A stretch of 32,000 bases of DNA, taken from Mycolicibacterium smegmatis (GTDB lineage: Bacteria > Actinomycetota > Actinomycetes > Mycobacteriales > Mycobacteriaceae). How positions within the stretch are numbered: the stretch's first letter is position 1; each line of letters opens with the position of its first letter. Location: the NCBI RefSeq assembly GCF_001457595.1, contig NZ_LN831039.1, forward strand, positions 3,780,001-3,812,000, read 5' to 3'. Position numbers and translations under genes: made by a program. This document shows positions 9,678-18,367 of this stretch, piece after piece. The notes under the pieces are model-generated. The model was not told the DNA's origin. It saw nothing but the letters and a program-made list of their open reading frames with translations, and ran no database searches.

Positions 9678-10304
9678 TCAGGGGATCGTCAGGACCTGCC
9701 CGGGGTGGATCAGGTCGGGATTGGCGATGCCGCTGGCATCAGCGATCTGCTGGTACTTGCTGCCGTCTCCGTAGAACCGCTCGGCGATCGCCCACAGCGT
9801 GTCGCCCGAGACCACGGTGTACGTGCGGGGTGCGGGCGGAGCCGGCGGCGGCGCAGCCGGCGCCGGCTCGGCGGGCGCGGGCTCGGCAACCGGAGCCGGA
9901 GCAGCCTCTTCGGCCGCCGCGGGGGCGACCTCGGCCTCCTTCTCGGGCTCGGGCGCCGGTGGCGGCGGCTCGGTGGTATCGGTCTTCGACGACCACGCCG
10001 GTCCGTCCTTGGCGTACAGCACCAGGTTCCGGTCGTCCTGAAGGACGAGCTTGACTTCCTTCTTGCCCTTGGTGTCCGTGTGCCACACGGGCTTCTCGGC
10101 GGTGTACAGCACGAAGTTGCCGTCGGTCTGCACCTCGGCACGCACGACGTCCTGCCCGTTGGTGCCGGTCGACCAGACAGCCTTGTCGCGGGCGTACAGC
10201 ACCAGGTTGCCGTCGTCCTGCAACGTCAGCGTGTAAGCGCCGTTGCCGGATTGCAGCGACCCCCCTCTCTCCAATTTCTGTCCTGCCGTCAAAGTGTCGC
10301 CCAC
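9678..10304 (-). CDS. Bulb-type (monocot mannose-binding, beta-prism II) lectin domain fused to a C-terminal LysM domain
   Basis: 208 aa from a GTG at 10304 preceded by GAAGGAAAGGGGAG. Three QxDxNxVxY motifs ([27 protein letters not shown]), a P/A-rich linker, and Lys[49 protein letters not shown]. The track start is 10337. Confidence 0.93.
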   Translation of the reverse strand: MGDTLTAGQKLERGGSLQSGNGAYTLTLQDDGNLVLYARDKAVWSTGTNGQDVVRAEVQTDGNFVLYTAEKPVWHTDTKGKKEVKLVLQDDRNLVLYAKDGPAWSSKTDTTEPPPPAPEPEKEAEVAPAAAEEAAPAPVAEPAPAEPAPAAPPPAPPAPRTYTVVSGDTLWAIAERFYGDGSKYQQIADASGIANPDLIHPGQVLTIP

Positions 10305-10453
10305 GCGACTCCCCTTTCCTTCGTCACTGACCCGCACGAGCTTACTGACGATAGCTTTGCTTATGGGGCATTACTCTCCACGAAATTCAAACTCGACACG
10401 CATATATGACGGCTTCAACGATCAAAAAACGCAGGTAGAGTGCCGTTCTTTGG

Positions 10454-11893
10454 TCACGAATCGAAACCGAGCCCCAGCGTGTCGAGTGCCCGAAGGAAAA
10501 AGTTGCGTTTGCCAGCAGAGTGGTCGGCACGGTCCAGCGACCAGCGTGTGGCCTGGATCCCGATGCTTGCCAGAGGTTCCGGAGGGAACGGAAGAGGGCG
10601 CTTGCGCACCATCTCCAGCCCGGTGCGTTCGGTGCTGCGGCCGTCGAGCAGGTCCAGGCACACGTCCGCGGCGAAACGCGTCGCCGCGACGCCCAGACCG
10701 GTGAACCCGTTGACGTAGGCCACCCGACCGTTACGGGCCAGCCCCCAGTGCGCGCAGAAGCGGGTGTTGGTGTCGATCGCACCGGCCCAGCGATGGGTGA
10801 ACCGCACGTCGTCGAGTTGCGGGAACGTGAGGAAGAAGTGCGCCGCGAGCTTGCGGTAGGTGGCGGGCCGATCCTCGTAGGCGTCCTTGACCTTGCGGCC
10901 GAAGTGGTAGATCGCGTCGTAGCCGCCCCACACGATGCGGTTGTCCATGGTGAGCCGGTAGTAGTGGAACTGGTTGGCGCTGTCCCCCACCCCCTGGCGG
11001 CCCTGCCACCCGATCCGGTCCAGCTGTTCTGGGGTCAGCGGTTCGGTCGCCAGCACATAGTCATAGACCGGGACCGTGTGGAAGCGGTTGCGCCGCAACA
11101 GGCTCGGGAACACATTCGTGGCCAGCACCGCCTGGCGCGCGGTGATCACGGTGTCGCCGGTGTCCCCGGTTTCGATGCGCAGCACCGCGCCACCGGAGTT
11201 GATGGAGCGCGCGGTGGTGTGTTCGTAGATCTGCACACCGGCCTCGGTGCACGCGCGTGCCAGTTCCAGTGCCAGCTTCGCGGGGTGCACGATGGCGCAG
11301 GTGTCCGCACTGAACAGCCCGGCCTGATACGTCGGCGAGTTGACCTGGGCACGCACTTCGGCGGTGTCCAGGAAAACGCCTTCCCCCTCGGCGGCCGCTT
11401 CGGCCAGCCACGCGCGCTGGTGCGGTTCGGTGGCCACGGTGAGCATGCCCGTGCGCTGCCACTCGACGTCGAGACCCAGACGCTCGATGTCGGCCTGCAT
11501 ACCGTCGAGGTTCTCCAGGCCCAGGGCGTCGAGTTTGCCGATCTCGTTCGGCCAGCGCGACTTTCCGTTCTCGGCGCCGTGGGTGAGGCTGGCGTCGACG
11601 AAGCCGCCGTTGCGTCCTGACGCGGCCCAGCCGACCCGGTTGGAATCGATCACCACGATGCGCCGGTCCGGATGGCGTTCCGCTGCGTGCAGGGCGGTCC
11701 ACAACCCGGTGTATCCCGCGCCGATCACCACCAGGTCGCAGCTGACCGGCTGGGTCAGGGCCGGATACTCCGGCCGTGGTACGTCGAGCCACATCGAACC
11801 GAACGTCGTCGCGGCGAGGGCGCGGTCGAGCAGGGCAGGGTCCACATCGGCATCGAAGACGGTTTGCACGATGCGCAGACTACGGGGTGGCAC
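10454..11893 (-). CDS. FAD-dependent amino-acid/amine oxidoreductase (DadA/PuuB-like DAO family)
   Basis: 479 aa. CDLVVIGAGYTGLWTALHAAERHPDRRIVVIDSNRVGWAASGRNGGFVD and C-terminal NGRVAYVNGFTGLGVAATRFAADVC. The exact start may be internal. Confidence 0.85.
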   Translation of the reverse strand: MPPRSLRIVQTVFDADVDPALLDRALAATTFGSMWLDVPRPEYPALTQPVSCDLVVIGAGYTGLWTALHAAERHPDRRIVVIDSNRVGWAASGRNGGFVDASLTHGAENGKSRWPNEIGKLDALGLENLDGMQADIERLGLDVEWQRTGMLTVATEPHQRAWLAEAAAEGEGVFLDTAEVRAQVNSPTYQAGLFSADTCAIVHPAKLALELARACTEAGVQIYEHTTARSINSGGAVLRIETGDTGDTVITARQAVLATNVFPSLLRRNRFHTVPVYDYVLATEPLTPEQLDRIGWQGRQGVGDSANQFHYYRLTMDNRIVWGGYDAIYHFGRKVKDAYEDRPATYRKLAAHFFLTFPQLDDVRFTHRWAGAIDTNTRFCAHWGLARNGRVAYVNGFTGLGVAATRFAADVCLDLLDGRSTERTGLEMVRKRPLPFPPEPLASIGIQATRWSLDRADHSAGKRNFFLRALDTLGLGFDS

Positions 11894-11917
11894 CGGCCGC
11901 CGCGTGCGTTCGGTGCC
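11889..11917. repeat. Inverted repeat at the antiporter/FAD-oxidoreductase junction
   Basis: GGCACCG (11889-11895) - 15 nt - CGGTGCC (11911-11917). Confidence 0.4.
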
Positions 11918-11920
11918 GGG

Positions 11921-13066
11921 TCACGTGCGCACCACGGGGCGCGCACCCAGGTAGCGGGTCAGCACCGGCCCGGCGATGGCGAGGATGAACACGTACGGCG
12001 TCGCGATGGCCTCCAGGCGCTCGTAGGTCTGGCCGACGAGACCGATGATCACGAGCGAGAACTCGCCCCTGGCGATCAGGGCGGTGCCCGCGCGCAACTG
12101 ACCGGCCCGCGCGACACCGTCGCGTCGCGCGGCGAATTGTCCCGTGAGCACCTTGGTACCCGCGGTGACCACCGCGAGCACGAATGCCGCGGGCAGCATG
12201 GGTATCAGGTCCGAAGGATGCACCGAGAGACCGATCGCGAGGAAGAAGATCGCCGCGAACAGGTCACGCAACGGGCTCAGCACCAACCGCGCGCGGTGGG
12301 CGGAGTCCCCGGTGAGGGTGAGGCCCACCAGGAACGCCCCGACCGCGGCGGAGGCGTGGATGAATTCGGCGAGGGCCGCGACGATCAGCGTGAGGCCGAG
12401 CACGCGCAGCAGGAGTTGTTCGTTGTCGGGGTGCGATACGAACCGTGTCACGTGGTGGCCCCACCGGTAGGACACCACGAACGCCACCACCAGCGCGGCG
12501 ATCGCGACGGCCATGCCCAGCAGCGCATGCAACAGGGTCCCGCCCGCGGCGAGCACCGCCAGCAGTGGGAGGTAGGCGGCCATCGCGAAGTCCTCGAGCA
12601 CCAGGATCGACAGCACCGCGGGCGTCTCGCGGTTGCCGAGCCGGCGCAGATCGCCGAGCAGGCGCGCGATGACACCGGACGACGAGATATAGGTGACGCC
12701 GGCCAGGGCGAGGATGCCGACGGCGCCGAGATCCAGCAGCCAGCCGGCGATCGCGCCGGGAAGTGCGTTGAGCACCAGATCGATCCACGCCGAGGGCAGA
12801 TGGCGGCGCAGGCTGCTGGCAAACTCGCCGATCGAGAACTCCAGCCCCAGGGTGAGCAACAGCAGCACCACGCCGATCGACGCACCGGTGTTGACGAATT
12901 CGACGGTCGCGGGCACCGGCGCGAGGCCCCCTTCACCCAGCGCGAGACCGGCGACCAGATACAGCGGGATGGGTGAGAGGGCGAACCGGCGCGCCGCGGT
13001 GCCCAGCACCGTCAACGCGACCAGGATGACGCCGAGTTCGAGAAGTAGAGCCCCCGATACCTCCAC
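11921..13066 (-). CDS. Monovalent cation:proton antiporter (CPA2/KefB-type membrane subunit)
   Basis: 381 aa, about 11-12 hydrophobic segments, LYLVAGLALGEGGLAP..., SIGVVLLLLTLGLEF. Confidence 0.88.
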   Translation of the reverse strand: MEVSGALLLELGVILVALTVLGTAARRFALSPIPLYLVAGLALGEGGLAPVPATVEFVNTGASIGVVLLLLTLGLEFSIGEFASSLRRHLPSAWIDLVLNALPGAIAGWLLDLGAVGILALAGVTYISSSGVIARLLGDLRRLGNRETPAVLSILVLEDFAMAAYLPLLAVLAAGGTLLHALLGMAVAIAALVVAFVVSYRWGHHVTRFVSHPDNEQLLLRVLGLTLIVAALAEFIHASAAVGAFLVGLTLTGDSAHRARLVLSPLRDLFAAIFFLAIGLSVHPSDLIPMLPAAFVLAVVTAGTKVLTGQFAARRDGVARAGQLRAGTALIARGEFSLVIIGLVGQTYERLEAIATPYVFILAIAGPVLTRYLGARPVVRT

Positions 13067-13068
13067 GG

Positions 13069-13575
13069 TCAGTCCTGTGCAGGACCGGAAACGTCGCCGT
13101 TGGCGACGATCTCCCCCACGCCGGCGATCCCGGCCACCGTGCCGATCACCACCAGCACGTCACCGGCGCGCAGCAGTTCCGACGGGCCCGGCGAGGCCAG
13201 GACCTCGTCGTCGCGGACGATCGCGACGATGGACGCCCCGGTTCTGGTGCGGGCCTTGGTGTCCCCGAGCGGACGGTCGACGAACGGGCTGCCGGGACGG
13301 ATGGTGACCTGGCCGGCATCGAGGCCGGGCACCTCACTGGTGAGTTCGGCGAACTTCTCGGCGATGCGCGGCGCGCCGAGGATCTGTGCGAGCGCGTCGG
13401 CTTCCTCGTCGGTCAGCCGGAACACGCGCTGCGCCTGATCGGGGTCTTCGTGCGGGTAGACCACCACCTCGAAATCGCCCGTGCGCAACGCGATGACGCC
13501 GATGCGGTCACCGTCGTGGTTCTCGAACTCGAACCTCAGGCCGACGCCGGGTAGCAGTACCTCTCTGACATCCAT
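13069..13575 (-). CDS. TrkA-C domain cation:proton antiporter regulatory subunit (KhtT-like)
   Basis: 168 aa. C-terminal RCK-C/TrkA-C-like segment ...GASIVAIVRDDEVLASPGPSELLRAGDVLVVIGTVAGI. 2-nt gap to the antiporter gene. Confidence 0.85.
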   Translation of the reverse strand: MDVREVLLPGVGLRFEFENHDGDRIGVIALRTGDFEVVVYPHEDPDQAQRVFRLTDEEADALAQILGAPRIAEKFAELTSEVPGLDAGQVTIRPGSPFVDRPLGDTKARTRTGASIVAIVRDDEVLASPGPSELLRAGDVLVVIGTVAGIAGVGEIVANGDVSGPAQD

Positions 13576-13602
13576 CCCCCCATACTGCGAACTCCGCCGC
13601 GC

Positions 13603-14526
13603 TCAGGTGGTGACTTCGGTGGTTTCACAGGTACGCGCCGGGGTCCACCCCGGCGGGCCGAACACATACCCCAGCCGGTCGGTCCACCGGCGGGCGCTGC
13701 GGACGTCGTGCGCGATCGCGACGTATTCGTGGGTCTGCAGCTTCCAGATGTTGTAGGTCCCGACAGGCTTGGTCAGCCCGTAGCGCGGGCGGAACACCTC
13801 TTCCTGGAACGTGCCGAACAACCGGTCCCAGATGATGAGGATGCCGCCGTAGTTGCGGTCCAGGTAGAGCTCGTCGCTCCCGTGGTGCACGCGGTGGTGC
13901 GACGGGGTGTTGAAGACGAACTCGATGGGTCTGGGGAGTTTCCCGATGCGCTCGGTGTGCACCCAGAACTGGTAGATGAGGTTCACCGAGAACGCCGCGA
14001 ACACCACCCAGGGTGGAATGCCCAACAGCGGCAACGGGATCCACGCCACGATCTCACCGCTGTTGTTCCACTTCTGGCGCAGCGCCGTGGCGAAGTTGAA
14101 GTATTCGCTGGAATGGTGCGCCTGGTGCGTCGCCCAGATCAGCCGCACCCGGTGCGCCACGCGGTGGTAGGTGTACCACAGCAGATCCACCCCGAGCAGC
14201 GCGATCACCCACGTGTACCACTTGTCCGCGGGCAGCTGCCACGGCGCGACATAGGCGTAGAGCACCGCGTATCCCAGCAGCGCCAACAGCTTCCAGCCGG
14301 CCGTGGTCGCGACCGACACCAGCCCCATCGACACGCTGGTCCACGCGTCCCTGGTATGGAACGCGCCTGCGGGCGCACGGTCGCCTTCGGCCGGGTCGAC
14401 ATGCTCCAACCGGCGCGCGGCGGTCCACTCGATCGTCAGCAGCAGCAGGAAGAACGGGATCGCGAACATCACGGGATCCCGCATCGGCGGCGGCAGGAAC
14501 TCCAGCACGGAGCGCAACGTGTCCAT
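13603..14526 (-). CDS. Sterol desaturase / fatty acid hydroxylase superfamily membrane protein (Rv1814/Erg3-like)
   Basis: 307 aa. Di-iron histidine clusters HRVAH, HQAHHSSEYFN, HHRVHHG. Confidence 0.88.
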   Translation of the reverse strand: MDTLRSVLEFLPPPMRDPVMFAIPFFLLLLTIEWTAARRLEHVDPAEGDRAPAGAFHTRDAWTSVSMGLVSVATTAGWKLLALLGYAVLYAYVAPWQLPADKWYTWVIALLGVDLLWYTYHRVAHRVRLIWATHQAHHSSEYFNFATALRQKWNNSGEIVAWIPLPLLGIPPWVVFAAFSVNLIYQFWVHTERIGKLPRPIEFVFNTPSHHRVHHGSDELYLDRNYGGILIIWDRLFGTFQEEVFRPRYGLTKPVGTYNIWKLQTHEYVAIAHDVRSARRWTDRLGYVFGPPGWTPARTCETTEVTT

Positions 14527-14547
14527 CAGCCCGGCAGCGTAGCCCAG

Positions 14548-16074
14548 TTACCGGAAGTTGAGTACCTGGTCACCCCACGCCGCCTGCAACTGCTGGTCGA
14601 GGTCCGTGACCGTCTTGTCCTGCTTGTCGATCACCAGCGCGGCCCGGTCCTCGCGCCGGTAGCGGCGCCAGACCGGTTCACCCAGCGCCCCGGTCGGCTC
14701 GCCCGTGGTCGCGAAGTTCACCCAGCGCCGCCGAATACGCTGCGAGACCTTCCTACCCTGTTTGAGCCCGCCCAGCTTGAACGTCGGATCCTTGGGTCCG
14801 GCAACCAGATTTCCCCAGACGTACGGCAGTTCGGTGGCGTGCGCGGCGCCCAGCCGCAGCAGCCGCAACATCGGCGTGGCGAAGTCGAAGCGGTACAGGT
14901 AGACCGGCGCCGACGTGCTGTGTCCGTCGGCGAACCACAGCGTCGGCATCCGGAACCCGATGTCGCGCGCGACACCCATGCCGATGGCCTTGGTGCGCAT
15001 GCCGGTGTAGGCCGCGCGGATCTCCTCCTCGGTGGGCAGCGCGAGTCCGGGCTGCTCGGAGGCGATCCCCTCGAACATGGCCCGGATCGCCTCGGGCGTG
15101 ATGGGCATGAGCGGCGACTTCATCCACCGGAACAGCGATGCCTCGTGTTTGTTGGTGCCGATGATCAGCGGCACCCGATGGGTGCGCCCGGCACGGGCGG
15201 CCTGCACGGGATAGTCGGGAACCACGTCACCGTCGACAATCGGCGCGAACGCCAGGGTGCCCGGGCTCTGCGCGGGCACCTCGTTGAAGATCTGCTGGGA
15301 CGCGCCGAGGATGGCGGGGATCGGCACGTGAGCCAGCCGCGCGGCATCGTCGGGTTCGATCAGGAGCCGCTCGACGTACACCGACGTCGCGGGTGAGCTC
15401 TGGGCGATCGCGGCCGAGAACAGACCTTCGGCGGCGGGGCTGGCGAGCAGGGTCGTGATCATGCCGCCGCCGGCCGATTCCCCGAACAGCGTCACGCGGC
15501 TGGGGTCGCCGCCGAAGGCCGCGATGTTGTCGCGCACCCACTGCAGCGCGAAGATCACGTCACGCAGTCCGAGGTTGGTGTCGAACCGCATGGCGCGGCT
15601 GCTGTACTCGGACAGGTCGAGGAAACCGAAGGGGCCGAGCCGGTAGTTGACGGTGACCACCACGACGTCGCCTTCCGACGCCAGCACGCGGCCCCGGTAG
15701 AGCGGCTGGCTCGCCGAGCCCAGCACGTAGGCCCCGCCGTGCACCCACACCATCACGGGCCTGCGGTCGCCGGGCCTGCACCCCGACGGGGCCCACACGT
15801 TGAGCACCAGACTGTCCTCGTCCTGCTTGCCGCCGAGGTCGATCGGGATCCTCGCGTCGGTGGCCTGCGGGCAGACCGGGCCCACCCTCGTCGCGTCGAA
15901 CACGTCATGCCATGACGCCGGCGGTTCCGGTGCGCGCCAACGCAATTCACCGATCGGGGCGCGTGCGTAGCGGATGCCCAGCCATGCCTTCGCGGTTCCG
16001 TCGTCCGTGCCGCGGACAGGACCGTATCCGGTCTCGGCGACCGGGCCGTCGGCGATCCGGGCGGCGTTCGCCAT
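14548..16074 (-). CDS. Type B carboxylesterase/lipase
   Basis: 508 aa from ATG 16074 with GAGGAGG SD. Nucleophile elbow VTLFGESAGGGM, oxyanion PVMVWVHGGAYVLGS, EDSLVLNVW. Confidence 0.92.
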   Translation of the reverse strand: MANAARIADGPVAETGYGPVRGTDDGTAKAWLGIRYARAPIGELRWRAPEPPASWHDVFDATRVGPVCPQATDARIPIDLGGKQDEDSLVLNVWAPSGCRPGDRRPVMVWVHGGAYVLGSASQPLYRGRVLASEGDVVVVTVNYRLGPFGFLDLSEYSSRAMRFDTNLGLRDVIFALQWVRDNIAAFGGDPSRVTLFGESAGGGMITTLLASPAAEGLFSAAIAQSSPATSVYVERLLIEPDDAARLAHVPIPAILGASQQIFNEVPAQSPGTLAFAPIVDGDVVPDYPVQAARAGRTHRVPLIIGTNKHEASLFRWMKSPLMPITPEAIRAMFEGIASEQPGLALPTEEEIRAAYTGMRTKAIGMGVARDIGFRMPTLWFADGHSTSAPVYLYRFDFATPMLRLLRLGAAHATELPYVWGNLVAGPKDPTFKLGGLKQGRKVSQRIRRRWVNFATTGEPTGALGEPVWRRYRREDRAALVIDKQDKTVTDLDQQLQAAWGDQVLNFR

Positions 16075-16185
16075 CTGACCTCCTCGTCGTTGCCTGGACG
16101 TTGAAATCGGTACGATCGACAAGCGGCATCCACGATACCGACGCCTCCCGGCAATCCGGTCTGAACTGCGGATTTGCGTCGCGAC

Positions 16186-16213
16186 CGAGAAACATTCTCG
16201 CTGGTTGCAAACC
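16186..16213. promoter_or_regulatory. Adjacent inverted repeats between esterase and SMR genes
   Basis: CGAGAA-ACA-TTCTCG (16186-16200) followed by GGTT-GCA-AACC (16203-16213). Confidence 0.35.
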
Positions 16214-16286
16214 TCGCTGGGCCTGCGGTGAATCCGTAGTGTCGTCTGACAGGGGTTGGCACCGGCGCATCCGCTAGGTTGTTGCG

Positions 16287-16622
16287 GTGCGGAAGTGGGC
16301 GTTGCTGTTGGGGGCCGTGGTCGTCGAAGTCACCGCCACACTGTCGCTGCGGGCATCTCAGGATCACGCACTCTGGTTGGTGCCGGTCGTCGCCGGATAC
16401 GTCGCGGCGTTCGTGTTGCTGACGCTCGTGTTGCGTGCCGGCATGCCCGTCGGTGTGGCCTACGGGATCTGGGGCGCGCTGGGCACCGCCAGCACCGCCG
16501 TGCTGGCCGCGCTGCTGTTCGGTGACCCGTTCACCTGGCCGATCGTCGCGGGTATCGGGCTGATCATCGCCGGTGTCCTGCTGGTGGAGTTCGGATCCCA
16601 CGAACGCGAGGCCCGACCGTGA
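16287..16622 (+). CDS. Small multidrug resistance (SMR) family transporter subunit A
   Basis: 111 aa, 4 TM. Conserved membrane Glu (VVVEVTATLSLRAS) and GVAYGIWGALG. Confidence 0.88.
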   Translation: MRKWALLLGAVVVEVTATLSLRASQDHALWLVPVVAGYVAAFVLLTLVLRAGMPVGVAYGIWGALGTASTAVLAALLFGDPFTWPIVAGIGLIIAGVLLVEFGSHEREARP

Positions 16623-16945
16623 TGTGGCTGGCGCTGGCCGGCGCCATCCTCGTCGAGGTCGTCGCGACGCTGTCACTGCGCGCGTCGGACGGGTTCCGGC
16701 GCAGGGCGTGGATCGTCCCCGTCGTGATCGGTTATGCGGCCTCGTTCTATCTGCTGTGGGTCGCGCTGTCACTCGGGGTGCCGGTCGGCGTCGCGTACGG
16801 CATCTGGACCGCATGCGGTGTCGCGCTCGTGGCGGTGGTGGCGCGCATCCTGTTCCGCGACCCGCTCACGCCGATGATGATGCTGGGCATCGCGCTGATC
16901 GCCTCAGGTGTGTTCACGATCGAGTTGGCCGGCGTCACCCACTGA
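16619..16945 (+). CDS. Small multidrug resistance (SMR) family transporter subunit B
   Basis: 108 aa, 4 TM. ILVEVVATLSLRAS and GVAYGIWTACG. ATGA overlap with subunit A. Confidence 0.88.
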   Translation: MMWLALAGAILVEVVATLSLRASDGFRRRAWIVPVVIGYAASFYLLWVALSLGVPVGVAYGIWTACGVALVAVVARILFRDPLTPMMMLGIALIASGVFTIELAGVTH

Positions 16946-18121
16946 GACCCGGTGCGGCCGCAGGGCGCCCGCCAGCACGATCGCCAGCACACCCGCGGCG
17001 GGCACCACCAGCAGTCCGGCGCGCAGGCCTGCGGCGTCGGCCACCACACCGACCAGCAGCGGCGCACCGAAAAATCCCACGCGCATGAGCCAGGTGACGG
17101 CGGTCAGCCCCGTTCCGGGCCGCAGGCCCGGCAACTGATCGGCGGCGTGCATGGCCGCGGGGATCAGGGTGGCGACACCGAAACCGGCCGCGGCGAATCC
17201 GGCGATCGAGCCCGCCGTGGACGGGAACGCCAGGGCGGCGCCCATCCCCACCGCGGCGATGAGCCCTCCGGCGCGCACCACCGCGGTCTCGCCGAACCGG
17301 TCGACCAGGCGGTCGCCGATCATGCGGCCGATGAACATGAAGCCGACGAGCGCGATGTAACCGAACGCGGCGACCGCGGGTGGGGTGTGCAGTGTGTCCC
17401 GCAGATACAACGTCGCCCAGGAACTTCCGGCGTCCTCGACCGTCGCTCCCGCGATCGCGATCACCACGAGCGCGAGCAGGATCAGGTAGGTGCGCGGCCC
17501 GGCCCGCAACCCGGCCGGGGCGTGGGCCGCCGGATGGTCGTCGTGGTCGTCGCCGGGCAGCAGGAAGCGGAACGCCGCGAGCGCGACGATGCTGAACACC
17601 ACGGCGATCGCCGCGAGGTGCACACCGCGGGGGATGTGCATGGCGATGGTGGCCGCGCCGGTGAGCCCGCCGAGCACCGCGCCGATCGCCCACACCGCGT
17701 GCAACGAGTTGATGATCGAGCGGCCGTACTCGCGTTGCACGCGCAGCCCGTGGGCGTTCTGCGCGACGTCGACGATCGAGTCGCACGCCCCGGCGAGGAA
17801 CAACGCCCCCGCGAACAGGATCGGCGTCGGCGCCAGGCCCGCGGCGAACACGAACACCGCGAGCGCCACCGTGAGGGTGACCCCGACCCGCGAGCTGCGG
17901 AACCGCCGGATGAGCGCGCCTGCGGTCAGTCCCGCGATCAGCGCCCCGGCCGAGAACGCCGCCACGGCCGCACCGTAGGTGGCGTTGCTCAACTGCAGGT
18001 CGGTCTTGATCTCCGGATAGCGCGGCAGCAGGTTGGCGAAGATCGCCCCGTTCGTGAGGAACAGGGCCGCAACGGCAACCCGGGCGCGACGCGTCGTCAC
18101 GGGGTCACGCTGTTCTGTCAC
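16904..18121 (-). CDS. Major facilitator superfamily (MFS) transporter
   Basis: 405 aa, 12 hydrophobic segments, from a GTG at 18121 (or 18100). The track's extra N-terminal residues (to 19072) are antisense to malQ and not credible. The 3' end overlaps SMR subunit B by 42 nt. Confidence 0.85.
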   Translation of the reverse strand: MTEQRDPVTTRRARVAVAALFLTNGAIFANLLPRYPEIKTDLQLSNATYGAAVAAFSAGALIAGLTAGALIRRFRSSRVGVTLTVALAVFVFAAGLAPTPILFAGALFLAGACDSIVDVAQNAHGLRVQREYGRSIINSLHAVWAIGAVLGGLTGAATIAMHIPRGVHLAAIAVVFSIVALAAFRFLLPGDDHDDHPAAHAPAGLRAGPRTYLILLALVVIAIAGATVEDAGSSWATLYLRDTLHTPPAVAAFGYIALVGFMFIGRMIGDRLVDRFGETAVVRAGGLIAAVGMGAALAFPSTAGSIAGFAAAGFGVATLIPAAMHAADQLPGLRPGTGLTAVTWLMRVGFFGAPLLVGVVADAAGLRAGLLVVPAAGVLAIVLAGALRPHRVSVGDAGQLDREHT

Positions 18122-18240
18122 CACTGAGGCGACACTACCGCTCGGGTTTATGCGCGGGCCTGCGCGGGCAGCCTTGGCGCATGCTCGCTGGTTCTGCTGA
18201 TTCCCCCGCGTGCGACCTACGCGCCGCACACGCTCACCCC

Positions 18241-18297
18241 GTTGTGCCCGATTACATTGGCGCACAACGTATACCGGCGCAGTACGGGCTGCCGTAC
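18241..18297. promoter_or_regulatory. Inverted repeats in the MFS/malQ divergent region
   Basis: GTTGTGC - 14 nt - GCACAAC (18241-18268) and GTACGG - GCTG - CCGTAC (18282-18297). Confidence 0.4.
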
Positions 18298-18367
18298 CGT
18301 GCGGGCGGATCGGCCGTTGGGCGAGGTCGGGCGACGCGATCGCTCGCGGCACCCCAAGATTGACGCC

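Noticed and set aside
10520-12976. 366-aa (+) and 434-aa (+) ORFs opposite the FAD oxidoreductase and antiporter
   Set aside because: Shadow ORFs without motifs, antisense to genes with recognised domains.
13708-15396. 562-aa plus ORF opposite sterol desaturase and esterase
   Set aside because: Spans the antisense of two real genes and has no domain signature.
16075-16286. Guanidine riboswitch upstream of the SMR pair
   Set aside because: I looked for the ykkC-type and mini-ykkC conserved cores and did not find them by eye. Only simple dyads are present.
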